NCBI GenBank assembly: GCA_051362555.1
Contig: CM120645.1
Coordinates: 22,320,001-22,384,000 of the forward strand
Length of the DNA stretch: 64,000 nucleotides
DNA from: Lingula anatina
Lineage: Eukaryota; Animalia; Brachiopoda
Reading direction: 5' to 3'
Numbering within the stretch: the stretch's first letter is position 1; every line of letters begins with the position of its first letter. A program made the translations under genes and the position numbers. The notes below the pieces were generated by a model that searched no databases, had not been told where the DNA came from, and saw only the letters and a program-made list of their open reading frames with translations. This document shows positions 51,624 through 63,089 of the stretch, piece after piece.

Positions 51624-53276
51624 ATGAAATCGGCCGCACGTGTCCAGCAAACAGTGCAACCTAACCTGATTTTGAAATAAAATCGTTCCAATGAAATAAG
51701 TTTTTGAATAGGTAATTAAGCGTCAAGTATTTACAATGAACGACCTTTAGAAAACGAAGCCCAAAACAGCACTGAAAGATTTTTTTAATGTGAATAGCCT
51801 GCTCATTCAGTAGCCATAAAGGAGGAAGATGATGAGGATGTGCAGATGGTTCTCCTTATTTAATTACAGAACAAATTAACCTAAAACATTTGAAATTCCG
51901 CCTAAACTTATTCTAGTATCCTTTATTGTCCTCTGATACATGTATCAAGGGCTGCACTGTTTCATTAATAATTTTTGGAAAAAAATGATTGCTTAAACGT
52001 TGGTCAGAGAGTGGCCTTTCTGTACAAACACTAGATCCATAATTTGAAATGGAAAGAAGTTCCCCTTAAAGGGATAACAGCTCTTCGTATGAGATTTATA
52101 TTTACAATAAATACATTGTAAACATCTCATGGGAATAAAATTAATTTTATTTTACCACAAAAAAACGACAGCTTTTGCAATTGATCTGAAATCTGTGCTT
52201 GTCATTAGATGGCTATGCTCTGTGTAAGTGCCAGATTCCTTGCTTTAGATTTACAAGGTGTAAGTGCTAGATTCCTTGTTTTAGATATACAAGGTGTGAG
52301 TAGTTTTCATGACTTGCGTGAGTAGCGCGCCTGTTTTGAATGTAACTGAGTCATAACGCTACAGGATTTTGCACAAGTAGGGTCTCTCCTGCATTTTACC
52401 GTTATTTCCAACGTTGTATGGTGTATTGTTACAGTTCTACGGAGAAATCATAATGTAAGTCTTTATCTTATCAAAATATATTTGAGCATTGTATTTATTA
52501 GTTTTCTGTATAAATGATAAAGGTAAAATATTGGTATATTAGCTAGAGCACCTGGTAGGGCGTGGCCATTAGTATGAAATACAGTAAATGTAAAATACGC
52601 GAACGCATTAGTATAATTGTCAACTGTAAAGCCTTGCTGTAATTCAGTATTTAACGTTTTAATTAAAATTATATTATGGTAATTGTATTATAAGGTAAAT
52701 TTCATATTATTTGTGCTTATTGAATAGATAACAGATTCAAGTCTCGCTATATAAAGCCGACTTAATGTAATGTTCAATATATCTAGTAAAATACGGTTAT
52801 GTATTTGATGTACAGTGCCGCCGGAATGTCCCCTTACCAAATGGCCGTATGGTTTCCCAACCCTGCCCCATATGGTCGAACAATAGAGGCCGTATGATAA
52901 TTACAGGGTAGGGGAATCCCCAAGCAATCCTTATCGGACACCCAAATTAGTCGGTTCAACGAACACGGTCTGCCCCTTCTTAATTGCCTCATGTAAGGTT
53001 TCTATTATAGCTGATGCAAAGAGATTGCTATCGACACGAGCAAACAATACCGGGTTATGTATCATCTGCAACAGAAGACTTGAGTAAAGGCAAGTCGTAT
53101 ATTAGAACAAAGCTCTGAAGAACAAATCAGGCTTAGTTTTAAAACACGTATAACAATTTTATTTGATGATAATAAGTCACGATCAACAAAAGCGTAGTTA
53201 AAATGGAAAACTTTAAATAGATAAAACATCAAATAAATATCAATGCCTCATTACCTTTATTACATGTGTTGCTAAT

Positions 53277-53699
53277 TTAGTAGCCTGATGCACGACCTTC
53301 TCGCTCAATTACCGCTGGAATCACCTTCTTTAGGTGATTAATATATTTATTACACTTTTCTGCGTTAATATTTCCCATGCCTCTCTAATGCCGTCAACAA
53401 GTTGTTCTCTCGTGGTAGGCTTAACACGCGTACGCAGGTGATGTTTGATTTCAGCCCATACGTTTTCAATGGGGTTAAGGTCAGGGCTTTCTGAAGGGGA
53501 GCAAAACCAATTAATACATCAGCTTACTGTTAGATTCCATTTGTATCGTGCACTCGTCGTATTTCTTTAACACATAGTAAATGGCTTGTCGCGACACTTT
53601 ATGGCCTTCATTTTCCATTTGTGCGGTTATGTTTTTAATTCGCACCCCTTGTTCTCGGAGGGCGATGATACGCAGACGCACGTAATCGCTAAGAGGCAT
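53277..53699 (-). pseudogene. Tc1-like transposase remnant (DD37E/TRT-like C-terminus)
   Basis: N-terminal HTH MPLSDYVRLRIIALREQG...SRQAIYYVLKK joined almost directly to ESPDLNPIENVWAEIK...KCNKYINHLKKVIPAVIEREGRASGY*; most of the DDE core is deleted. Confidence 0.85.
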
Positions 53700-54187
53700 C
53701 TTGGAATTGTGATGATTTGGAAAATTTGAGTGTCGATTTATACCGTTCACTTGGCAGGTGACACGATGGCATGGAAATCAGTGACATAAACATGTCATAT
53801 TAAACAAAATACTTATTGGCCATTTAGGAAGTTCAGGTACACAAACAATCCTGTTGACACGTGTCAGTTGATTTAGAACTATGTGCAATTGATTAGTTTG
53901 GATTGGAGAGCGTCATCGCAATGTTAACATTAATTTTAGACGACGCGTGTCACACAGTAGTGATTATGTAATAGTCAGGGCTTAATCACTGTGTTTACCC
54001 AGCATGAATAAAGCTAACCTGTACTGATTGTTAATTAATGTGAGATGACACGTGCCAACCAGTGAAGTTAGCCCGAGAGATTGTAATCCAGCTTTTTAAA
54101 TTAATTTCTTTTGATGCTTTTAAGTATGAAGAAGGCTTTTGGTTAAGTTTGGGCTTTAGATCGTAAAGATGAACTATTCCTATCGTT

Positions 54188-54560
54188 TTGAATTACATAT
54201 CAAACAATGACAGAGAAACAGTTCCTACTTTGTGTCCTAAAGAAGTAAGGAATCAATCTTTCGGCCGGCCACCCGTCGCCTTGTCAAATAAAGAAATATT
54301 CGAAATTCGACAATGGGCCAGTTCCCCAGGCAACTTTTGCGTTCAGTTGATGGGAAGGTTGTTTACGATTGATGAACGAATACGAAAGGACAGAAATGTT
54401 ACGGGTGTAGATGGGAGAGATCCTTTATGCAAATATAGACTGAACTATATTAAAGATATGACTACAAAATGTTTATCACTGAAACAACTGACAAGTCTTT
54501 TTGGAAAAAACGCATTTCGTCTATGAACAAAGCTAATAGAAATATAAGGACATACTATAA
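54188..54560 (+). pseudogene. BEN-domain-like remnant inside the Tc1 element
   Basis: SSPGNFCVQLMGRLFTIDERIRKDRNVTGVDGRDPLCKYRLNYIK, then frameshifted FWKKRISSMNKANRN; fits the BEN pattern LxxxLF...NxxG...LD..RL..IK...W. Confidence 0.65.
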
Positions 54561-57076
54561 AAATAAATTTCAATCTTGCTAATAATATGCATATAGTAAA
54601 GACAGTTTGAAGCCTAATAAATATTACATGTACAAGTACGAGTAGTGTTTTATTTGATCTTTAATAAATTCATAAATTCATTTATTAAACTCTATGTAAA
54701 TTCAATCAATTCATAGCTACAATGTACATGAAAATTGCTGTCATCACCGAATCTTTTTGGTAAAGCGACTTTTAAAAATCACTGTTGGCAAGTTTTTATA
54801 CTTAAAATCTCCGTATCAGAGTAGAGTGATCAAAGTAGAGTGAAGCCACCGCGCATTAAAGGTCAATTAATGCTTGGACGAACACTTAATTGCGACTACG
54901 CTCACCTTCGATCTTTATCTCAGCGAGCTAGGGTTAGGCTCTTTTGTTAGCAGAAAGTTTGTCACGATAATTGCCCGACGGGCAGGGTATGGAACTATTG
55001 TTAACAGAAACCAAACAGCGTATGGATGACAATGTTATTTCCATAGTTACCGAGAGAGGCCGTCCGTACAACCCGCAGCGACCCGGAGGGTAAGTAAGGG
55101 GAGATTCCGGCGGCACTGTATGTAATTTAAAAGTTCAGATGTACATGTATAAGTATTTATATAGTTTCCTTTATTTATTTTATTTATTTATTGTTTTCTT
55201 TCCTAGATTATGTACCTTGCTGACCTGTCCATTTGCAGTACCGACATAAGAGATGTGAATGGCAAAATGTTAACTGAACTGAACGTTGAAATAAAGCATG
55301 AGTTACATATATTCTCCACTGTCTCAACGATTTCACACTCTGTAATGATCTCTTAAGAGGCCATTAAAAACAAAAACAAGCTTTTTAGAAAAAACAGGGA
55401 CTAACTTTGAAAAATGTAAAAATGGATTCACTAATGGTTTCGAAATTGAGAGAATCTCTTTTCATATCTCCCTCTTTCTAGAAATGTTGGTGGCTACGTA
55501 AATTTCTTTAAAATGGATCCATTATATGGCCAAAATAAGCAATAAATACTGTGGGTTCATCCATTGTGGAGAATAATTACACTTGAACAAGTTTCACAGA
55601 TTGTGGAGGAGCTGAACTTTTCTTCCAATCCTCATCTATTTTTTCACCTTCTTCTCTATTCTGGTACAATCCATCGGACAGAAAACAAAATATTCTAACT
55701 TTCGTTGAAATGCACTCGGTTATTACCTATCTAAAATAGGCAAGTGAAGTATTTTAACAAAAAAACTGCGTTAGACAGGACTGTAGCCAGTGGGGCTCGG
55801 GAAAATGTCCCCTCTGGGTAAAATTTTATCTAAGTACACGAAGGTTTCATGATAAAAGGTTCATTTTTTCAGAAAAAGAGCCCCCCTTTTGAAATTGCTG
55901 GCTACAGGCCCGTTAGGTACCTTTTTAAAAGTAAATTCTTAACAACTCTCCATACGACATTCATGTTTCCCAGTAAATACATTGTAAACAACTCATAGAT
56001 ATATAATGAATTTCATTTTTCCACTAAAACAGCAGTTATTGAAATTTATCTGGAATTTTGCTTGCCATAAGACCACGTGGACTTTAAAAGATGACTGTAA
56101 CACAGTTATACCAAAACCAAACTTTGAAGAAAAAAAACGTGGATTAACTTACCTCATGAAATTCGGTTTTTGGTCCAAAACGAACTGTTGTTTTTCCCTT
56201 TAAGGTCAACCCCGTCAACATTGAATGTATATAATTCTGCCATTTATGAAAACACAAAGGCCCATCATATGTACATTTCAAATGTTTTAATTCACGCGAT
56301 CTGCACTGTACATTGAGGTATTAAGGGGTGAAAATATCTGTAGATACAGGTAAATTGCGTCTAGGTACACGAGCTGACCGGAACCTATCTAAATTGTATT
56401 TAGAGGGGCATAAATTGTACTTGAGCTCGACATTTGTATATGTTTTGAATTTCAATGTGGATAAAGCAATCTTACTTTGCCAAGATTTGAAGTCTCAAAT
56501 TTGAATAAAATGTCCCGAAGAGAAATTCCAAGTTTGTGCAATGTTATCGAGTCTCTTTATCCCAAAACTTCCAAACCGGTATGTAAAAAAGGTGTTTTTT
56601 CAAATCAATGTGTCACAAAAAGGAGCCATAAGCTACAGAAACATTTTATTCACATAAGGCAATGATGCCAGTCTGGTTTTTAAGTTCTGTTTGTGAAAAC
56701 AATGGTAACTTTATCAACATGAACGCTGCAGCTGCTATCCCCCAGAACACAAGTACTTAATTGTTTCACCCTTAATTACCACATTTTACTCCGTCTAATA
56801 GCAAACTCTGAGCAATGCAAAATATATAAAAAGGTACCATCACGAAAGTGCTGTTAAACATTTTAGAAAATAGAAATGCAGAACAAATGCAAAATAATTT
56901 TGAGCATTTGCCACCCTTTTGATAATGAATTGCATGGGATAAAATATACAAATCAAAGTAGAAATAAACACAACAGGATTAAACCAAACATGTATCTGAT
57001 TGCTTCCTGGTTAAGAATAAGAATAACCCTACTCTTTGATACTTTCACAATTCTTTCTTTAAAGATAAGAATTGTC

Positions 57077-57827
57077 CTAATCAGCTTTGATTTTCTTAAA
57101 AGTGATTAAGCGTGAACATCTGGCAACCGCCACATTCCGTCCTCTTCTTGGGAAAGGCAATACTTCCTGCCCTCTCTCTTGGCGAAGTCCATGCAAAATG
57201 ACAACATAGAATGGTCAAATTTGGCAGCGTCATCTGCCCAACCATGGAAATAGGCAGCAAGGAGCGAGGCACCGATCTCTGCCAGCGATGGAAGCACGAA
57301 ATCACACCTCACCTCCTCGTGCAATATCGAAGCTTTTAAAGTTGGAAATGATTAGTTCAGAATATCGGCAATTTCCCCTTGAATAAGCAAAGAACTTCTA
57401 GCCTCCGCTACCTTCATTAGGTTTACGGCTTCATTAGGAAAACGAGCTTTAAAACAGTGCACAGCGGTGTTCCAAATGTATGCGTTGTCCCCACTATTAA
57501 ACTGTATTAATATCATCCCCCCAGGCTTGAGGATGGTATACATGGTAATGACAGCTCGCTTGATATCTTCCCGAGGGTCACAGAAATCATCCAACCAACG
57601 TGTAAGATGATACATGGAATCTAAAGCAAGCACCCTGTCCTGTTGGTCTCCAGGATACGCCCCAATGGACTTCAGCTCTTCCATGGACTTCCCTAAGTAA
57701 TCCTGGAGCCGTCCAGAGTAGGGTGAATCCAGCTTAGCGTTTTCCAGGTTCTCAACGCATTTATTGTACTTATGCAGGGACTCTTCATGAGGTTCCTCCA
57801 CGCTGACGATTACTGCTTTGTTGAGGG
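57077..57827 (-). pseudogene. Methyltransferase copy B (5'-truncated, nonsense codon and frameshift)
   Basis: High similarity to copy A; TAA at 57352-57354; lacks motif I and exon 1. Confidence 0.9.
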
Positions 57828-58031
57828 AGTCTCAACGTTCTTTGGACATTCTTTTGTTAGCTCAGAACATTAGGACTTCCTTTCCTAGTACTACCATTTT
57901 GTCACACCAGATTCTTTTGGGCTCACTTAATTGAATACCATTTGGTTCCTTAAACCATTGATTAATATTAAGAAATATAATAGCAATAGTTTTTAACGTT
58001 CACAACTTTTTATTTACAAATACGAATAGTC

Positions 58032-58470
58032 CTAATCAGCTTTGACTTTCCTAATAGTAATAAAGTGTGTAACACTTGGCATCCGCCACATTCCATCTTC
58101 TTCTTGGGAAAGGCCATACTTCCTACCCTCTCTCTGGACGAAGTCCATGCAAAATGACACCACACTAGGATCAAATTTGGATGATCCATCTGCCCAACCT
58201 TGAAAATAGGTGGACAGGAGTGAGGCACCAACCTCTGCCAGCGACGAAATCAAGAAATCACACCTCATCTCCTCCTGGCGTATCAAAGCTTTAAAGGTTG
58301 GGAATGATTCGTTCAAAATATCGGCAATTTCCCCTTGAAGCAGCAAAAGAACGTCTAGCCTCCGCTACCTTTGTAAGGTTATCGGCTTTATTAGGAAAGC
58401 AAGTCTTCAAACAATGGACAGAGGTATTCCAAATGTACGCGTTGTCCCCACTATTTAACTCGATGAATAT
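58032..58470 (-). pseudogene. Methyltransferase copy C (3' half only)
   Basis: LLQGEIADILNESFPTFKAL...ITIRKVKAD*; homology stops at about 58470. Confidence 0.88.
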
Positions 58471-58981
58471 TTACAATAATCAACCATTAGGAAAACAAAT
58501 CCCAAATAAGCACAGGATGAATATAATAATATTTAATAGCTTTCTCCTGTAGTACCCAGAAAGGAGAAAGATTATTAGGATGTGCTAATGGTGTTCCCTT
58601 ATTAACAGTAAAATTTAACCTAATAAATTGAAATTCCGTCTACACTTATGCTAGTATCACACTTATTCTAGTATCATCTGTCAATTTGTCACTAAACTTT
58701 GCATTTAAGTTTATTGCGTAACAAAATTAAGCAATATGTACATATAGATATAACAGGATATTACTCAAACTAATTATAAAATGACTATTTAGTTCATGTC
58801 GAGGCCGTGACACCATAAGAGGGTTTTGCAGTATATTATAAAGACATGAAGGGTTCCGACCAATGCGAGGAATAGTAGCACAAAACCACAGAACTAGTTC
58901 GCCTCCATTCGCTATACCAAAACCGTAAAGCTTGAACAATTCCGAATACGTCTATGGTAATCAGGAAGTTGAGGAGATGTT

Positions 58982-60132
58982 TTAAACCTTTTTTGCTTTC
59001 TTAATAGTAATAAAGTGTGAAATATTTGGCAGCCGCCACATTCCATCCTCTTCTTGGGAAAGGCCATACTTGGTGCCCTCTCTCTGGACAAAGTCAATGA
59101 AAAACGATACATGACGATGGTCAAACTTGGACATGTCTCCTGTCCGAGAATCAAAATAGATAATGCAGGCTGCAACTCCTACCTCTGCTAGTGAAGGAAG
59201 CACTACATCAAAGCTTTTCTCTTCGTGACTTATAGAAGCTTTAAAAGCTGGGAACGACTCGTTCAGAATATCTGCAATTTTCCCTTGAAATAGCAATGAG
59301 CGCCTAGCCTTATTTGTCTTCTTTAGATTAATGACATCATTAGGAAAAAGAATTTCAATACAGTCCACAGAGATGTTCCACATAAAAGCGTTTTCTCCAC
59401 TATCCAACTCTATTAACATCATCCCCCCTGGCTTGAGGATGGAATACATGGCAAAGACAGCTTGCCTGATGTCTTCATACGGATCAGAGGAATGATCGAA
59501 CCAATTTGTGAGATGATACATAAATTGTATAGCAAGCACCCTGTCCTGCTGTTCTTCAGGATACGCGCCAATGGACTTCAGATCTTCCACAGACTTCCCG
59601 AAGTAATCCTGGAACCGTCCAGAGTAGGCCACATCCAGAGTAGCATTATCCAAGTTCTCGATGCATTTCTTGTATTTCTGCAGGGAATCTTCAAGAGGTT
59701 CTTCCACGCTGACGATGACATCTTTGTTGAGTTCTTTAATCCTTTTACATATGGCTGACATTGGGGCTCCAGTACCTCCCCCAAAATCCATCATTCGGAC
59801 TGGTGAAGAAACTTCTGTAAGCTTTAGGCTGTTGACCCAAATTGTTTCGATGTTGCGTGAATCACCTCTCCCACTTTCTTCTTTTCTGAAAAAAAGGAAA
59901 TTGAGTTGAAATTCTTGCCGGATTAAAAATTGTGTAATGGAAAGCTGAATTCTGAGCAAATGAACTGCTGGGTTACATGTATTGACTAATTAATCACGCA
60001 GACTCACCCTTTGTTGACAATAACTAAACATTTGCGATAAGCTTCAGTGACTGTCAAGGTGCTGAACTCTTCTTCCAATCTATGCCGCACCTCCTTTTCT
60101 CCTAGCTCTCTCGCCTGGTACTTGCCTGCCAT
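58982..60132 (-). CDS. HNMT-like SAM methyltransferase copy D (intact, 342 aa)
   Basis: Exons 60132-60008 and 59885-58982, same sizes and phase as copy A; RMMDFGGGTG, VEEP, AIQFMYH, LKPGG. Confidence 0.85.
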
Positions 60133-61659
60133 CGAAAATGATATGTATTCTGTACGATAACACCTCAAATATTCAGCTTAGTGAAAGAATTTAAAAATAC
60201 TAGATGAAACTAAAGAGTTAAAGCAACATCAGATGCCCGTTTAAAAAGCATAAGCTTATGGTTTAACCCAGCCAATACTTGATTATATTCTCTTGTGTGA
60301 CATATATTTGCAACAGACCTTGTCTCATTAAGTTTACATTTCCTTATTCAAGTGAACTCATTATAATACATTTTGTAACATGTAATGCGGGTAAAGTAAC
60401 ATACTGTATAATGAGGGTTATGAGTTTTAAGATTCATAACAAGGGAGAATACAATAACGCATACAAATTACCACTACCGGTTTCGTACACAAAACAAATA
60501 AAACCCTCATGTCCAACAAACAGTACAAGTATCATATGTTCCCATTAATTCAATATGTTCGCTACCCTGAGCCTAACTTGTTCATTATAATTTTCCATGT
60601 GTTAGCTTTACAGTTACGTGGGTTATACATGAAATCTAGAACCAAAGGTATCTGATCACACGAATGTTTTCAAAATTGATAGAACCTCTTTTCATACCTC
60701 CCTCTTTTTAGAAATGTTGGTGATACCATACTTTAAAAAGGGTCCATTATATGACCAAATTAAGCAATAAACATTGTGGGCCCATATCCATTGCAAAGGA
60801 TAGTTATACATTTGACACAAGCTTCATAGATTGTGGAGGAGCGGAACTTTTCTTGTAATCTTTGTTTCATCGTTTTTTTTTTTTTACCTTCTCTATTATG
60901 GTACAATTTATTGGACAGAAAAAAATATTCTAACTTTTGTTGAAATGCACTCAGTTATTACTTATCTGAAATGGGCGATTGAAGTGTTTAAACAAAAAGC
61001 AGCATTAGACAGGCCTGTAGGCAGTGGGGCTCGGAATGTTCGAAAGAATCCCCTTTTGCCGGGAAAAGCTCCCCTCTGGGTTAAATTTTATCTAGGTACA
61101 CGAAGGTTTCATGAAGAAAGGTCCCTTTTTTAAAGAAAAGGGATCTCTCTTTGAAATTGCTGGCTACTGGCCTGTTAGGTACCTTTTTTAAGCACATTCT
61201 TAACAACTCTTAGTACGAGATTTGTGCTTCAAAATAAACACATATACACGGTAAACAACGCATAGATATAAGTCTCAAATTTTAATAAAATGTCCCAAAG
61301 AAAAATTCCAAGTTTGTGCGATGTTATCGAGCCTTTTTAGCCCAAAACTTTAAAACCGATATGTGTTATTTAAAAATCAATATGTAAAATACTTATATAT
61401 TATTTATTTTCACAATAAGCCATTACACAATCTAACCCAAGTATGGGGTGCTGTCACGCTGTCCCGAAATTGCAGCAGAATAAGGTATTATGAAGTTCGT
61501 CAAGCATGGCCCCAAACAGTCAACATGCAAAGTAAGTACAACGAAGGCGATGCCTACAGGAGGTACACGATAACAACCAAACCATACACGATTCTACGAT
61601 TTTAGATCTTCTCCAGGGAGTTCTCAGGACTAGCTGATTAAGATTATTCTGAAACTGGA

Positions 61660-61800
61660 CTTTTATATGCCCACAAACTACCTATAATTGCCGCCCTCTC
61701 TCTCTGCGAATACCATGCAAAATGACAACATACGAGATTCGCACTTGGAGGTGTCTGCTGTCCATCCTTCGCAGTACACCATGAAGACATAAGCTCGGAC
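61660..61800 (-). pseudogene. Methyltransferase fragment E
   Basis: gccctctctctctgcgaataccatgcaaaatgacaaca matches the SFCMxFxQREG segment of the other copies. Confidence 0.65.
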
Positions 61801-61915
61801 ATCTAACATCATGGATTTACACAGTACTAGTTCGCCTCCATTTGCTTAACCAAAGCCGTAAAGCTTGAAAAACTCTGAATACGTCTAGGGTAGTCAGGAA
61901 GTTGACAAAAGAGGC

Positions 61916-63089
61916 TTAAACCTTTTTTACTTTCTTTATAGTAATAAAGTGTGTAACATATGACAACCGCCACATTCTGTCCTCTTCTTGTGAAAGGCCA
62001 TAATTGCTATCTTCTCTCTAGACGAAGTTCATGCAAAATGACACCACACGACGGTCAGACTTGGACGTGTCTCCTGTCCGACCGTCTAAATAGATAATGG
62101 AGGCTGCAACCCCTACCTCTGCTAGTGAAGGAATCACTAAATCATACTCCTTCTCCTCGTGACATAACGCAGCTTTAAAGGCTGGGACTGACTCGTTCAC
62201 AATATCGCCTCCACTATCTTTTTTAGATTAACGACTTGTTTAGGAAAAAGAATCTCAAAACAACGCAGAGAGGTGGCCCAAATGAAGTCGTTTTCCCCAC
62301 CATCTAACTCTCTAACCAACATATCCCCAGGCTTGAGGATGGTATACATGGCAGCGAAAGCTCGTTTGATGTCTTCATGAGGATCATAGGAATCATCCCA
62401 CCAACGTGTAGTATGGTACATACAATGTATGGCAAGTACCATATCTTGTAGTTCTTCAGGGTACGTCCCAATGGACTTCAGCTCTTTCACAGACTTCCCG
62501 AAGTACATGTAGTCCTGGAACCGTCCACAGTAGGCCACATCCAGAGTAGCATTATCCAAGTTCTCAATGCATTTCTTGTATTTCTGCAAGGACTCTTCAT
62601 GAGGTTCTTCCACGCTGATGATGACATTTTTGTTGAGAGCGTGAAGCTTTTCACATATGGCTGACATGGGGGTTCCTGTACCCCCCCCCCCCCCAAAATC
62701 CATAATACGGACTGGTGAAGAAAAGTTCTGTTAAATTCATCCTGTTCATAAGAATAGTTTCAAGGTTGGGGGAACCTCTTTTCATGCCCTCTTCCACTCT
62801 GAAATGTTAGAGGATTAACAAGTTGAATGGCTTGTTTAATAAAAAAAAAGGTAAAATGATAACCAAAGAAAATAAGGATTTTATAAGTAAATGGACTGTA
62901 AGATTAATAGGTGAATTGATTTAATTATTAATGCTATAATGTAGATGAAGTGATGTGGAGTCACCCTTTCTAAAGGATAATTAAACACCTGTGATAAGCC
63001 TCAGAGACAGTTAAGCTAAGGAGATCTCCTTCCAATTTACGCCGCATCTCCTGTTCATGTCGTTCTTTTCTCTGGTAGCTGCCTGCCAT
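61916..63089 (-). pseudogene. Methyltransferase copy F (full-length pseudogene)
   Basis: Exons 63089-62965 and 62798-61916; TAG at codon 40, frameshift before motif I, expanded G-run, deletion near 62197. Confidence 0.88.

Larger units (their letters stand above)
46193..51636 (+). mobile_element. Non-autonomous PIF/Harbinger-like element with a decayed Myb/SANT gene; its right TIR is split by the LTR element
   Basis: TIR CGGCCGATTTCATAAAGGAGGTTTAA / TTAAACCTCCTTTATGA[LTR]ATGAAATCGGCCG, 3-bp TSD CAC; the paralogous empty site is visible near 60500-60520. Confidence 0.85.
52813..55118 (-). mobile_element. Tc1/mariner-superfamily element (2.3 kb), internally deleted
   Basis: TA|CAGTGCCGCCGGAATGTCCCCTTAC...GTAAGGGGAGATTCCGGCGGCACTG|TA; 25-bp TIR with one mismatch. 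Confidence 0.92.

Noticed and set aside
44432-59959. Methyltransferases as bacterial contamination or DNA restriction-modification enzymes
   Set aside because: They have a conserved GT-AG intron, sit among eukaryotic transposons, and lack DPPY/NPPY/PCQ catalytic motifs
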